Shown here piece after piece: positions 17,925 through 26,317 of a stretch of 64,000 nucleotides of DNA. A model generated the notes under the pieces. It ran no database searches, was not told where the DNA came from, and saw only the letters and a list, made by a program, of their open reading frames with translations. The stretch spans positions 19,430 through 83,429 of IMG/VR virus record IMGVR_UViG_3300046694_000202; one strand, written 5' to 3'. How positions within the stretch are numbered: the first letter of the stretch is position 1; the number at the start of each line of letters is the position of its first letter. The DNA comes from a virus. The position numbers and the translations under genes are program-made.

Positions 17925-19112
17925 ATGCCCGATTTGATTGATATCAAGCGCGAAGCGCCTGAAGCAGTCCTCAGCAACCTGCGTCCCGCAGATGCTTCGG
18001 ACCAAGGCAAGTCGGTGGATGCAGGCAAGCGCCTCATCCGCCTCGCTGCCGACGCAGGCCTCGGTCTGCGCGACTACCTCACGCTGGCGATCGACCCGCG
18101 TAAGGCCGCGGAACCCGCTCGCTACGATGGCCTCAACGGCTACGAAGCAGCTCTCTCGTACCTGAACCTCCCGGTTCGTACGGACCTCGAAAACGGCGTG
18201 CTGCTGCAAGCTGCATCGGAAACGTTCCAAACGTATCCGGGCACGCGTGCGATGTTCCCGGAAGTGATGGACGACGTGCTGCGCTGGCGCAACCGTCAGG
18301 ACCAGCTCGAACAAGTCGCTCCGCTGCTCGCGCAATCGCGCACGATCAACGGCACCGAGATGATCTCGACGTTCGTCGACGACGACTCGGCAGAGCGCAC
18401 GACGCACTCCGTCGCTGAATTCGGCCGCGTGCCGGTTCGCACGATCCGCACGTCGCAACAAACCGTGGGCATCTTCAAGCACGGCTCGGGCTACCGTACC
18501 TCGTACGAGTTCAACCGCCGCGCTTCGCTCGACATCATGACGCCGTTCGCGTCGCGTGTCGGTCGCGAGCTGGAAATCTCGAAGGTCCGCGCAGCAACCA
18601 GCATCCTGATCAACGGTGACGGCGTCAACGCTGCAGCTCCGGTGGTCGGCGTGTCGGCATTCGGCGGCAATCAAGCCAACGCGTTCTCGACGAACTACAA
18701 GGCTTTGGCCAAGTGGCTCATGAAGCGCGCGAAGGACGGCTACCCGATCGACACGATCGCAGGCAACTACGACATGTTCGTGGAACTGCTGTTCATGTTC
18801 CAGCCGGTCACGAACCTCGGCTCGAACACGGACATCGAAGCGATGGTTGCGCACGGCACGCCGAAGATCAACACGTCGCTGCCGATCCTCAACAAGTCGG
18901 TGAACTTCGTGCTGTCGAGCGGCGTCCCGGCTGGTCAGCTGATCGGCTTCACGAAGGGCGAAACGCTGGAAGAGCTGGTCGAAGCTGGTTCGAACATCGC
19001 TGAAAACGAGCGCTCGATCATCAACCAGTCCATCACCTACGTGCGTACCGAGAACACGGGCTACAAGCTCGCGTTTGGCGACACGCGTCAGATCCTGGAC
19101 ACCACGGCCTAA
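17925..19112 (+). CDS. Major capsid protein
   Basis: 395 aa, strong codon bias, HK97-like VAEFGRVP...KHG pattern, followed by a terminator. Confidence 0.85.
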   Translation: MPDLIDIKREAPEAVLSNLRPADASDQGKSVDAGKRLIRLAADAGLGLRDYLTLAIDPRKAAEPARYDGLNGYEAALSYLNLPVRTDLENGVLLQAASETFQTYPGTRAMFPEVMDDVLRWRNRQDQLEQVAPLLAQSRTINGTEMISTFVDDDSAERTTHSVAEFGRVPVRTIRTSQQTVGIFKHGSGYRTSYEFNRRASLDIMTPFASRVGRELEISKVRAATSILINGDGVNAAAPVVGVSAFGGNQANAFSTNYKALAKWLMKRAKDGYPIDTIAGNYDMFVELLFMFQPVTNLGSNTDIEAMVAHGTPKINTSLPILNKSVNFVLSSGVPAGQLIGFTKGETLEELVEAGSNIAENERSIINQSITYVRTENTGYKLAFGDTRQILDTTA

Positions 19113-19130
19113 CAGCCACTGGGTTGAGGT

Positions 19131-19161
19131 AAAGGCCCGCCCCGATCGGGCGGGCCTTTTT
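19131..19161 (+). terminator. Intrinsic terminator after the capsid gene
   Basis: AAAGGCCCGCCC-cgatc-GGGCGGGCCTTTTT. Confidence 0.9.
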
Positions 19162-19185
19162 CGCACCTGCTCTGGACTCCTACAC

Positions 19186-19506
19186 ATGAAAGTCATCGCC
19201 ATCACCACCGGCGCGTTCCAGCTGCTCGACTCGCTCACGGGCGACTTGATCTCTGCGTTCCGCCCGTCCGTCGTCGAGAAGACCTCGTTCCTGACCGCGC
19301 GCCACGCGATCGATCAGGTGAAGGTGCTCGCCGAAGTCGCGGACAGCGCAACCGACGACGAATTTGCCAAGCACTGGCACGAGGCCGGCAAAGACATCGA
19401 CCTCGCCGTTCAGTCGTTCACCGCAATCCACAGCCTCGTTGCCGCGGCTGCACCGGAAGCCGACCCGGCCCCGGCGAAGAAGTCGGCGAAGAAAGCCACT
19501 GAATAA
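19186..19506 (+). CDS. Hypothetical head-associated protein
   Basis: MKVIAITTG..., 106 aa, position after capsid. Confidence 0.7.
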   Translation: MKVIAITTGAFQLLDSLTGDLISAFRPSVVEKTSFLTARHAIDQVKVLAEVADSATDDEFAKHWHEAGKDIDLAVQSFTAIHSLVAAAAPEADPAPAKKSAKKATE

Positions 19507-19517
19507 CCGGAGCCATC

Positions 19518-19931
19518 ATGGCAAACGATCTCAAGTACAGCCCCACGCTGAAGAACGCGCAGCAGGACGCAATTACCGCCACGCTCGGCGCGAACGCTGT
19601 CCTCGAAATCTACAGCGGTTCAAAACCCGCTGGCCCGACGACCGCGATCGGCGCGCAAGTGCTGCTCGCCTCGCTGGCCTGCAACGCCACGTTCGCACCG
19701 GGTTCATCGAACGGCGTGCTGACGTTGAACAGCATCGCGAACGGCACGGGTACGGCCGGCGCTGCGGGCGGCACGGTCGCCACGTGGTTCCGTTTGAAGA
19801 CCTCGGGCGGCACCGCGCACGTCGACGGTACGGTCGGCATCAGCGGCTGCGACCTGAATATCAACAACACGAACATCGCGACGGGTCAGACCGTTAGCGT
19901 CACGGGCTTCACGCTGGCTAACGCTAACTAA
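19518..19931 (+). CDS. Virion structural protein
   Basis: 137 aa, LEIYSGSKP...ATWFRL...DGTVG pattern recalled from virion proteins; GGAG RBS. Confidence 0.75.
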   Translation: MANDLKYSPTLKNAQQDAITATLGANAVLEIYSGSKPAGPTTAIGAQVLLASLACNATFAPGSSNGVLTLNSIANGTGTAGAAGGTVATWFRLKTSGGTAHVDGTVGISGCDLNINNTNIATGQTVSVTGFTLANAN

Positions 19932-19943
19932 GCGGGGTAGCAA

Positions 19944-22652
19944 ATGGGTGCGCTGTCCGGCTCCAATTCCGTAACGAGCAGCGCTACCACTTTCAACCTG
20001 TCCTCGCCGGCACAGACGGATTACATCGTCTATCCGGCGACGACAACGCCGACCAGAAAGAGCGGTGCTGGCTCGACGATCATCGCGGCGGCGGTGCTCG
20101 GCGCCGTCTCGTTCGCGACGTTCAACTACGGCAACAACCTGTTCACCTGGACAGGGGGTGCGCCGACCGCGAGCGGAACGGCGGTCGCGGGCGGGATCTA
20201 CACGAACCCCACCACCGCTTCGGCGGTGGGTCAGGGTATTCGGCTCGTCCTTCCGGCCGATACGAATTCACGCACGGCCGTCATCTACTGGGGCGCGAAT
20301 AGCTGCGCGCCGCAGCTCGTCGCGACGCTCTCGGACGGCAGCGCCACACCCCTGACGCTCACGCCGACCGCGACCGGCTCGAACATCGACATCTACTACG
20401 CCGCGACCATCACGTTTGCGGCGAACAGCGCGGGCCAGACGCTGACGATCGACATGACGGTGAAGACGCTCCAGTCGGGCGGCAACATCTTCATCGGCGC
20501 GGCGAAGTATCTGACGGCGGTCTCGTCAATCACCGGCTCGGGCGCGGGTGTCCAGAACGCGAACACCAGCTCGGCGTCGGGCACGGTGGGCATCACCGGC
20601 TCGGGCGCCGGCACGCAGGCGAAGGACACCGCAGCGGCCACCGGTACGGTCAGCGTTTCTGGGGCCGCTGCATCGACGCAAGCGCCGGATAGCGCGGCGG
20701 CAACCGGCGCCGTGGGCATCAGTGGTACGGGCGCAGTCACCGAGGGCAAGGACGTAAGCACCGGCACCGGCGCGGTCGCCGTCTCGGGGTCTGCAGCGCT
20801 CACCGAAGGCAAGGACGTAAGCACGGCCACGGGCGCCGTAGGCGTGTCTGGGGCAGGCTCCGCGACCCAGGCGAAGGACAACGCAGCGGCAACCGGCGCC
20901 GTAGGCGTGGCGGGCCTCGGAAGCGCTTCCCAGGCCAAGAACACGGGCAGCGCGACCGCCACGGTTGGCATCAGCGGCTCGGGCGCGGCGACGCAGGCGA
21001 AGAACACCAGCTCGGCGACGGCGCAGCTCGGCGTGTCGGGCGCGGCCACGGGCACGCAGCAGAAGGATGTGAGCGCGGCGAGCGGCGCGACCGGTATCAG
21101 CGGCGCGGGCGCGGCCACGCAACAGAAGGACTCGGCGAGCGCGGCCGGCGCGGTTGAGGTTAGCGGCGCGGGCGCGGCGACCCAGCAGAAGAACACGGCG
21201 TCGGGAACCGGCGTCGTGCTCGATGGGATCGTCGGCAGCGGCGCGGGCACACAGGCACCGAACGCGGCAGCAGCCACTGGCACGGTGAGCGTGTCTGGCT
21301 CCGCTGCGGCGACGCAAGCGAAGGACACCAGCTCGGGAACGGGCACGGTCGGTATCACCGGCGCGGGCGCGGCGACGCAAGCGAAGGACACCAGCTCGGG
21401 AACGGGCACGGTCGGTATCACCGGCAGCGCGGCGATCACGCAGCAGCCGAACGTCAGCACCGCGACCGGCGCGATCGGCAACGTCTCGCAGGGCAGTGCG
21501 GCGATCACGCAGCAGCCGAACGCCGCCAGCGGAACAGGCACGGTCGGCATCACCGGCACGGGCGCGGCGACGCAGAAACCGGACGCGAGCGCGGCGAGCG
21601 CGGCGGTCTCAGTCGACGGCAGCGCAGCGGCGAGCGCCGCGCGCGACGGCGCGAACGGATCTGGCGCGGTCGAGATCACCGGCACGGGCGCCGCGACTCA
21701 GGCGCGCAACGTCATGAATGGCGTCGGCTCGGTCTCGAACAACGAGATCACCGGCACGGGCGCGGGTGTGCAAGCCCCGAACGTGTCGGCGGCGACGGGC
21801 GCCGTGGAAATCACCGGCACCGCTGCGCCCGTGCAGCGCGCCAACGTATCGCACGCAACAGCCTTCGTCGATAGCGGCGAAGCACCCCCGGCCCCGAGCC
21901 ATAACCCTGTTTTGAACAAAGGACGAACCATGAAATGGTTCCAAGCTGGTGAAGACCTCACCTTCGATATCGAGATCCTGGTCGGCGGGGTGCCCTCGCA
22001 GCCGGACCCTGGCACCGTCACGTTCACCGTGCGCGATCAGAACGGGGTGGCTATCCCCGGCCTGAACAACCAGCCGGTCAACGTGCCGGGAACGACCGCG
22101 TCGATCTCTGTGCCCGCCGCCTCGAACATGCTCGCCGATGGCGCGGAGAGCGAGTCGCGCTTCGTGACGCTCGCCTACATCGCATCGGGTCAAAGCCGGC
22201 AGCTGCGCACGTCGTACAGCCTGCACGCGTTCCTGCCGATCGAGGCCTCGTGCGACGCGGTGCGCAGCCTCGTCGGTGTGTCCTCGGACGAACTGCCGGA
22301 CGATGACATCGCGCTGGTGCTCAGCTACTTCGACCTCGTGGCCGAAGAGGGCGACACGTTCAAGGACGCCTTCCTCGCGAAGAACCAGACTCGAGCCGCG
22401 GCGAACCGCGCGCTCGCGCTGCGCGCCGCGCTCGAAGCGGTCCCGTCCTTGCAGCTGCGGATCTTCCAGTCGCGCCAGAGCGAGAACTCCTCGTTCAGCC
22501 GCTTCGGCGCCGTCGACTGGGAACGCCTGAAGCTCGACTTGCGCGACCAGCTCGCTGCAGCGCTGAAGTTCATTTCCTCGCCCACCACGACCGCCGCGAT
22601 CCCGACGTACTTCATGGTGTCCGCTCCGACCGATAACGTGACGAACTCATAA
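19944..22652 (+). CDS. Fibre-like 21-aa-repeat protein fused to a probable head-tail adaptor
   Basis: About 21 Gly/Ala/Thr/Ser repeats; C-terminal 240 aa has its own AAAGGA RBS and ATG at 21930. Confidence 0.75.
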   Translation: MGALSGSNSVTSSATTFNLSSPAQTDYIVYPATTTPTRKSGAGSTIIAAAVLGAVSFATFNYGNNLFTWTGGAPTASGTAVAGGIYTNPTTASAVGQGIRLVLPADTNSRTAVIYWGANSCAPQLVATLSDGSATPLTLTPTATGSNIDIYYAATITFAANSAGQTLTIDMTVKTLQSGGNIFIGAAKYLTAVSSITGSGAGVQNANTSSASGTVGITGSGAGTQAKDTAAATGTVSVSGAAASTQAPDSAAATGAVGISGTGAVTEGKDVSTGTGAVAVSGSAALTEGKDVSTATGAVGVSGAGSATQAKDNAAATGAVGVAGLGSASQAKNTGSATATVGISGSGAATQAKNTSSATAQLGVSGAATGTQQKDVSAASGATGISGAGAATQQKDSASAAGAVEVSGAGAATQQKNTASGTGVVLDGIVGSGAGTQAPNAAAATGTVSVSGSAAATQAKDTSSGTGTVGITGAGAATQAKDTSSGTGTVGITGSAAITQQPNVSTATGAIGNVSQGSAAITQQPNAASGTGTVGITGTGAATQKPDASAASAAVSVDGSAAASAARDGANGSGAVEITGTGAATQARNVMNGVGSVSNNEITGTGAGVQAPNVSAATGAVEITGTAAPVQRANVSHATAFVDSGEAPPAPSHNPVLNKGRTMKWFQAGEDLTFDIEILVGGVPSQPDPGTVTFTVRDQNGVAIPGLNNQPVNVPGTTASISVPAASNMLADGAESESRFVTLAYIASGQSRQLRTSYSLHAFLPIEASCDAVRSLVGVSSDELPDDDIALVLSYFDLVAEEGDTFKDAFLAKNQTRAAANRALALRAALEAVPSLQLRIFQSRQSENSSFSRFGAVDWERLKLDLRDQLAAALKFISSPTTTAAIPTYFMVSAPTDNVTNS
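20530..21870 (+). repeat. 63-nt (21-aa) degenerate tandem repeats
   Basis: GxGAxTQxKDxxxATGxVGxS units; near-identical adjacent units around 21306-21425. Confidence 0.9.
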
Positions 22653-23167
22653 TGTCCGCACTCCCTAACCTCACTCGCGTCCTGATCAACCTGACGCGCG
22701 GCAACGCGAAGATCTGGGGCAACGTCAATCTGCCTAGCGCCGGTTCGGGCGGCAGGATTGCGTTCGGCCCCGTGGCCAAGACCCTGCTCGCAAAGCGCGG
22801 CTCGGTCGCGCAACCGGGCGACACGGTGCTCGATCTCGGCGACCGCTACGTGCTCGGCTACTTCAGCGAGTCGGCAAACGACCAGCTGTATCGCATGTTC
22901 CGCACGCCCTACTCCGCCGATGTCATGCGCGCGAGCGCGGGGCACGACCCGGTGACCGGCTTCGACAAGGGCAGCAAGGCGGTCAAGGTCGGCTTCGCCT
23001 GGTTCGACGTGCAGACGAGCGGCATGGCCGCAGACGTTGATTCCCTCAAGCGCACGAAATATCGGATCCTCACCGGCTATCCGCTGCAGGTCAACGACGT
23101 GATCAACGGGATGAAGATCACAAGCGTCTCGGATGAGCTGGGCATCAAAATCGCCGAGGCCGAGTAA
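22652..23167 (+). CDS. Head closure/neck protein (putative)
   Basis: 171 aa, TAATG coupling, position. Confidence 0.6.
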   Translation: MSALPNLTRVLINLTRGNAKIWGNVNLPSAGSGGRIAFGPVAKTLLAKRGSVAQPGDTVLDLGDRYVLGYFSESANDQLYRMFRTPYSADVMRASAGHDPVTGFDKGSKAVKVGFAWFDVQTSGMAADVDSLKRTKYRILTGYPLQVNDVINGMKITSVSDELGIKIAEAE

Positions 23168-24003
23168 TGGAACTCGACCGCCCCTTTGAAAAAGACTGGG
23201 ACGACCTGAACGCCTACGTCGAGAACGTCTTCTTCACGAACGTGAACAAGGTGGTCAATGGGGCGGCGTACGACCTTGCGGATGACATCGAGAGGAAGCT
23301 CACGAAGCAGCTCGACACCTTCTTCTCGAACCTCTCGGACATGGTCGGCCGGTGGAAGAACGCCGCGCCGAAGTGGGTCCAGGACATCAACGGGCCGTGG
23401 ACCGACTACAGCGACGACTACGCCGACTTCAAGCAGGTCAGGGAGCGCGGCGCGCGCGACTACTTCGTGCTGCGCGAGATGGCGCCGGTCGCGCGCAGCA
23501 GAACCCGCCTCGCGCGCCGGCTACGCCGTGAGCGCTTCACGCGCGGGAAGAAGAAGGGAAAGCTGCGCGGGCCGAGTCTGAAGCAAGAACTCAAGACGCT
23601 CGGCAACCCCTCGGCGTACTGGGGTAGGGTCGTCGTTACGATCGAGTCGATGACGAACACGGACACGGGCAGGCGGCGCTACAACAAGGGCACGCAGCGT
23701 CGAGGCAAGCGCCCTGGTGGGCAGATCCTGAGTCCGGCCGCTGACTATCTCACCCTGCACATCGAATGGCTCCCCTCTCTGGAGGGGCTTGACGTGCTCG
23801 ACCGCGGTGTGACCGAAGAGCCGCGGGAAGGAATGCTGGGTCTGCCGGGCGAGATCGCCGTGAAGCTTGAGACGATCCAGTGGCGCAAAGACGGCAAGCA
23901 GGCATATCGTCCGCTGCTCGGCCCGTACATGCTCTGGTATCAGGACACAACGGTGCGACAGACAATCCAGAAAATCACGGCTCAACACGGAGCACAACTA
24001 TGA
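23167..24003 (+). CDS. Neck/tail completion protein with basic insertions (putative)
   Basis: 278 aa, Arg/Lys-rich segments, C-terminal RPLL motif, position. Confidence 0.6.
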   Translation: MELDRPFEKDWDDLNAYVENVFFTNVNKVVNGAAYDLADDIERKLTKQLDTFFSNLSDMVGRWKNAAPKWVQDINGPWTDYSDDYADFKQVRERGARDYFVLREMAPVARSRTRLARRLRRERFTRGKKKGKLRGPSLKQELKTLGNPSAYWGRVVVTIESMTNTDTGRRRYNKGTQRRGKRPGGQILSPAADYLTLHIEWLPSLEGLDVLDRGVTEEPREGMLGLPGEIAVKLETIQWRKDGKQAYRPLLGPYMLWYQDTTVRQTIQKITAQHGAQL

Positions 24004-24461
24004 TCAGCACCAATGTGTATGGCGACCATCTCGCCAGCTTGATGAAGTTCTGCAAGGACTTCGCCACTCAACTCAATGTCGTCGACGAAGATCCGTTCGA
24101 GCCGGTGCTTCTCGATGCGTACGACGACTATGAGCAGCTGCCGAAGGGGTCGTTGATTGGAGTCGCGGGCTACGCGATCGACATCGACGAGCACATCGTG
24201 TCGGTGAAGGTGATGATCGGGATCGGCACGGAGAATGACACCAACACGTTCCGCTTGACTGCGGCGATGAACAAGCTCGTTCAGCGGCTCTTGCCGACGA
24301 AACGTCTTGATGTGGTGGATTGCGAGACGGGGGCGCTGCTGGGGGTGATGACTATCGAGAACGGCGTTCGAGTGATGCCGGCGAGTAATGCTGGAGGAAG
24401 GACCATGAAGTATGTCGCTTTCATGGCCCAATCCGGTGTCACTGTGGATCTTGGTTCTTAA
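24000..24461 (+). CDS. Tail terminator (putative)
   Basis: 153 aa, GGAG RBS, immediately before the tail tube region. Confidence 0.6.
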   Translation: MISTNVYGDHLASLMKFCKDFATQLNVVDEDPFEPVLLDAYDDYEQLPKGSLIGVAGYAIDIDEHIVSVKVMIGIGTENDTNTFRLTAAMNKLVQRLLPTKRLDVVDCETGALLGVMTIENGVRVMPASNAGGRTMKYVAFMAQSGVTVDLGS

Positions 24462-24633
24462 GGCTCTCGATCAACCGCAGATCGCTCGCCGTTCCGGCGT
24501 CGATGCCTGCTTCAATCAGCAAGATCAGCTCGGCGTTCTTTGTGCGCCGGTTGATCTTCGCCCGATTCACTACTTGCTCGTGGACCTCGCGCGGCAAGCG
24601 GAGGGTGGATGCGATGAGATCTTCTAATTCCAT
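24439..24633 (-). CDS. Arc-like ribbon-helix-helix regulator
   Basis: TLRLPREVHEQVVNRAKINRRTKNAELILLI matches the Arc/Mnt pattern; AGGAG RBS. Confidence 0.85.
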   Translation of the reverse strand: MELEDLIASTLRLPREVHEQVVNRAKINRRTKNAELILLIEAGIDAGTASDLRLIESLKNQDPQ

Positions 24634-24661
24634 TTGTTGGTTCTCCTATCAACCAATAAAA

Positions 24662-24694
24662 ACCTTTGATTCTCAAAGGTAGCACAGCTACGAT
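24662..24694 (+). promoter_or_regulatory. Promoter for the tail tube gene with a palindromic operator over the -35
   Basis: TTGATT-17-TACGAT; ACCTTTGA-ttc-TCAAAGGT at 24662-24680, between the divergent Arc-like gene and the tail tube gene. Confidence 0.6.
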
Positions 24695-24729
24695 CCCGAC
24701 TACCAGATTTTTCAACCGGAGAACCCACG

Positions 24730-25521
24730 ATGGCTGGCGAAGCAAAGTCAAATAAGTTCATGCTGGGCACAGCCACCGTGATGGTGGGCGCCCAGTCTGA
24801 CCTGTTCAACCTGAACCCCACCGACCACTCGATCGGTCTCGTGAAGAACTTCACGATCAGCGGCCAACCGTCGTACACCGAACTCACGCAAGGCGTGAAG
24901 AACTCGGTCGTGTACTCAGTCATGACGGGCAACCCCGTGACCGCGACGATGGAAGTCTACGAGCACACGGCGAAGAACTTGGCCTACGGCCTCGGTCTCG
25001 ACGGCTCGGCGATGGCTCCGACCACGGTCGCCACCACGACCAACGCTGACGTGGCCGCGAACGTCGCCGGCACGAAGCTCATCCCGTGCGCGGCCGTCAC
25101 CGGCTTCCTGGTCGGCGACTGGATTCAGGCTCTGCCGGTCGGCCCGACCGACAAGGTGCTGGTCGCGAAGATCAAGTCGATCGACGCAACCGCCAAGACG
25201 ATCACGGTCCAAGACGACCACGGCTTCTCGTATGCCCTCGCCAGCGGCTCGCTGGTCAAGAAGGTGAACGTGGTTGGTATCGGTTCGAAGTCGGATCAGC
25301 CGTTCCTCTCGGCCAAGATCGTCGGCAACCTCGCGGACGGTACGCCGGTCGCGCTGTTGATCCCGAAGATCCGCGTCACGGGCGGCTTCACGCTGGCGTT
25401 CAAGTCGGACTCGTTCGGCAACCTGCCCTACAAGTTCCAGCCGTACGACCTGACCCAAGCGGATCCGTTCTACGACACCTTCCTGCCGTACGGTCAGGCG
25501 ATGTTGGCATCGGCCAACTAA
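24730..25521 (+). CDS. Major tail (tube) protein
   Basis: 263 aa, strong codon bias, followed by a terminator and chaperone genes. Confidence 0.8.
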   Translation: MAGEAKSNKFMLGTATVMVGAQSDLFNLNPTDHSIGLVKNFTISGQPSYTELTQGVKNSVVYSVMTGNPVTATMEVYEHTAKNLAYGLGLDGSAMAPTTVATTTNADVAANVAGTKLIPCAAVTGFLVGDWIQALPVGPTDKVLVAKIKSIDATAKTITVQDDHGFSYALASGSLVKKVNVVGIGSKSDQPFLSAKIVGNLADGTPVALLIPKIRVTGGFTLAFKSDSFGNLPYKFQPYDLTQADPFYDTFLPYGQAMLASAN

Positions 25522-25557
25522 GGTTCTTAGCGGTACGAAAAAGATCCTTGATGCACC

Positions 25558-25589
25558 AAGCCTCCAGACTCATAATCTGGAGGCTTTTT
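25558..25589 (+). terminator. Intrinsic terminator after the tail tube gene
   Basis: AAGCCTCCAGA-ctcataa-TCTGGAGGCTTTTT. Confidence 0.85.
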
Positions 25590-25605
25590 CATTCCTGGAT
25601 CCACC

Positions 25606-26028
25606 ATGACCACCACCCAAAAATCCGCGCCGGCGCCCCGCCTCAAAGTCACCGTCAATGACGTGCAGCGCGAGCTGTTCATGTCGTTCGGCTTGCTCAA
25701 CGAGCTTTGCCGCGGCGTCGGCAGCGTCCAGTCGGCGATTCAAATCCCGACCGATTCCGAGCTGCGCGACTACACGCTGCTGGCTACCCTGTCCGAGCGC
25801 AACGAGAACGGTGAAGTCGACACGCCGATCAACCTGCGTCTGATCGACATGTCGCTCGAAGATGCCGAGAACCTGCTGTCGTGGGCCTCCGATCACTGCG
25901 TCGATTTTTTTCTGCGGACGATGGAGAGAGTCGTCAAGACGCAGGAGAAGAACCTGGATCGGTTCGCAAGCCTGAAAGCAAAAAGCCCGGAAAGCTCACA
26001 GCCTTCGTCGACTGGTTCCGCGACCTGA
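25606..26028 (+). CDS. Tail assembly chaperone (gpG-like)
   Basis: 140 aa between tube and tape measure; contains the slippery T TTT TTT. Confidence 0.8.
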   Translation: MTTTQKSAPAPRLKVTVNDVQRELFMSFGLLNELCRGVGSVQSAIQIPTDSELRDYTLLATLSERNENGEVDTPINLRLIDMSLEDAENLLSWASDHCVDFFLRTMERVVKTQEKNLDRFASLKAKSPESSQPSSTGSAT

Positions 26029-26315
26029 GCTTCACAGACGGGGTGTGCTGGGCATTCGACGTGGTGCCCTCCGAGCTGCCCCGAATTCTCTGGAAGTACA
26101 CCCGAGAGGACATTAAAATTCGCACACGCTTGAAGCTTGGCGAGGGTCAAGCTCATCATGTGCAGCAATTCCAGACGATCGCCACCCTTCTCTCCGGATT
26201 CTTAGGTGGGGAAACTTCAGAATCAAGTGGCTCAGATAGTGAGTCGTCCTCTGAAAAGCCTAAGAACTTCGAGGATGCGCAACGTCAACTAGCAGCAGTC
26301 TTCGGGAAATCGTAG
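25905..26315 (+). CDS. Tail assembly chaperone -1 frameshift extension (gpT-like)
   Basis: In-frame heptamer T TTT TTT at 25905-25911; the -1 frame stays open to 26315, just before the tape measure start. Confidence 0.75.
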   Translation, partial: FFSADDGESRQDAGEEPGSVRKPESKKPGKLTAFVDWFRDLSFTDGVCWAFDVVPSELPRILWKYTREDIKIRTRLKLGEGQAHHVQQFQTIATLLSGFLGGETSESSGSDSESSSEKPKNFEDAQRQLAAVFGKS

Positions 26316-26317
26316 GA

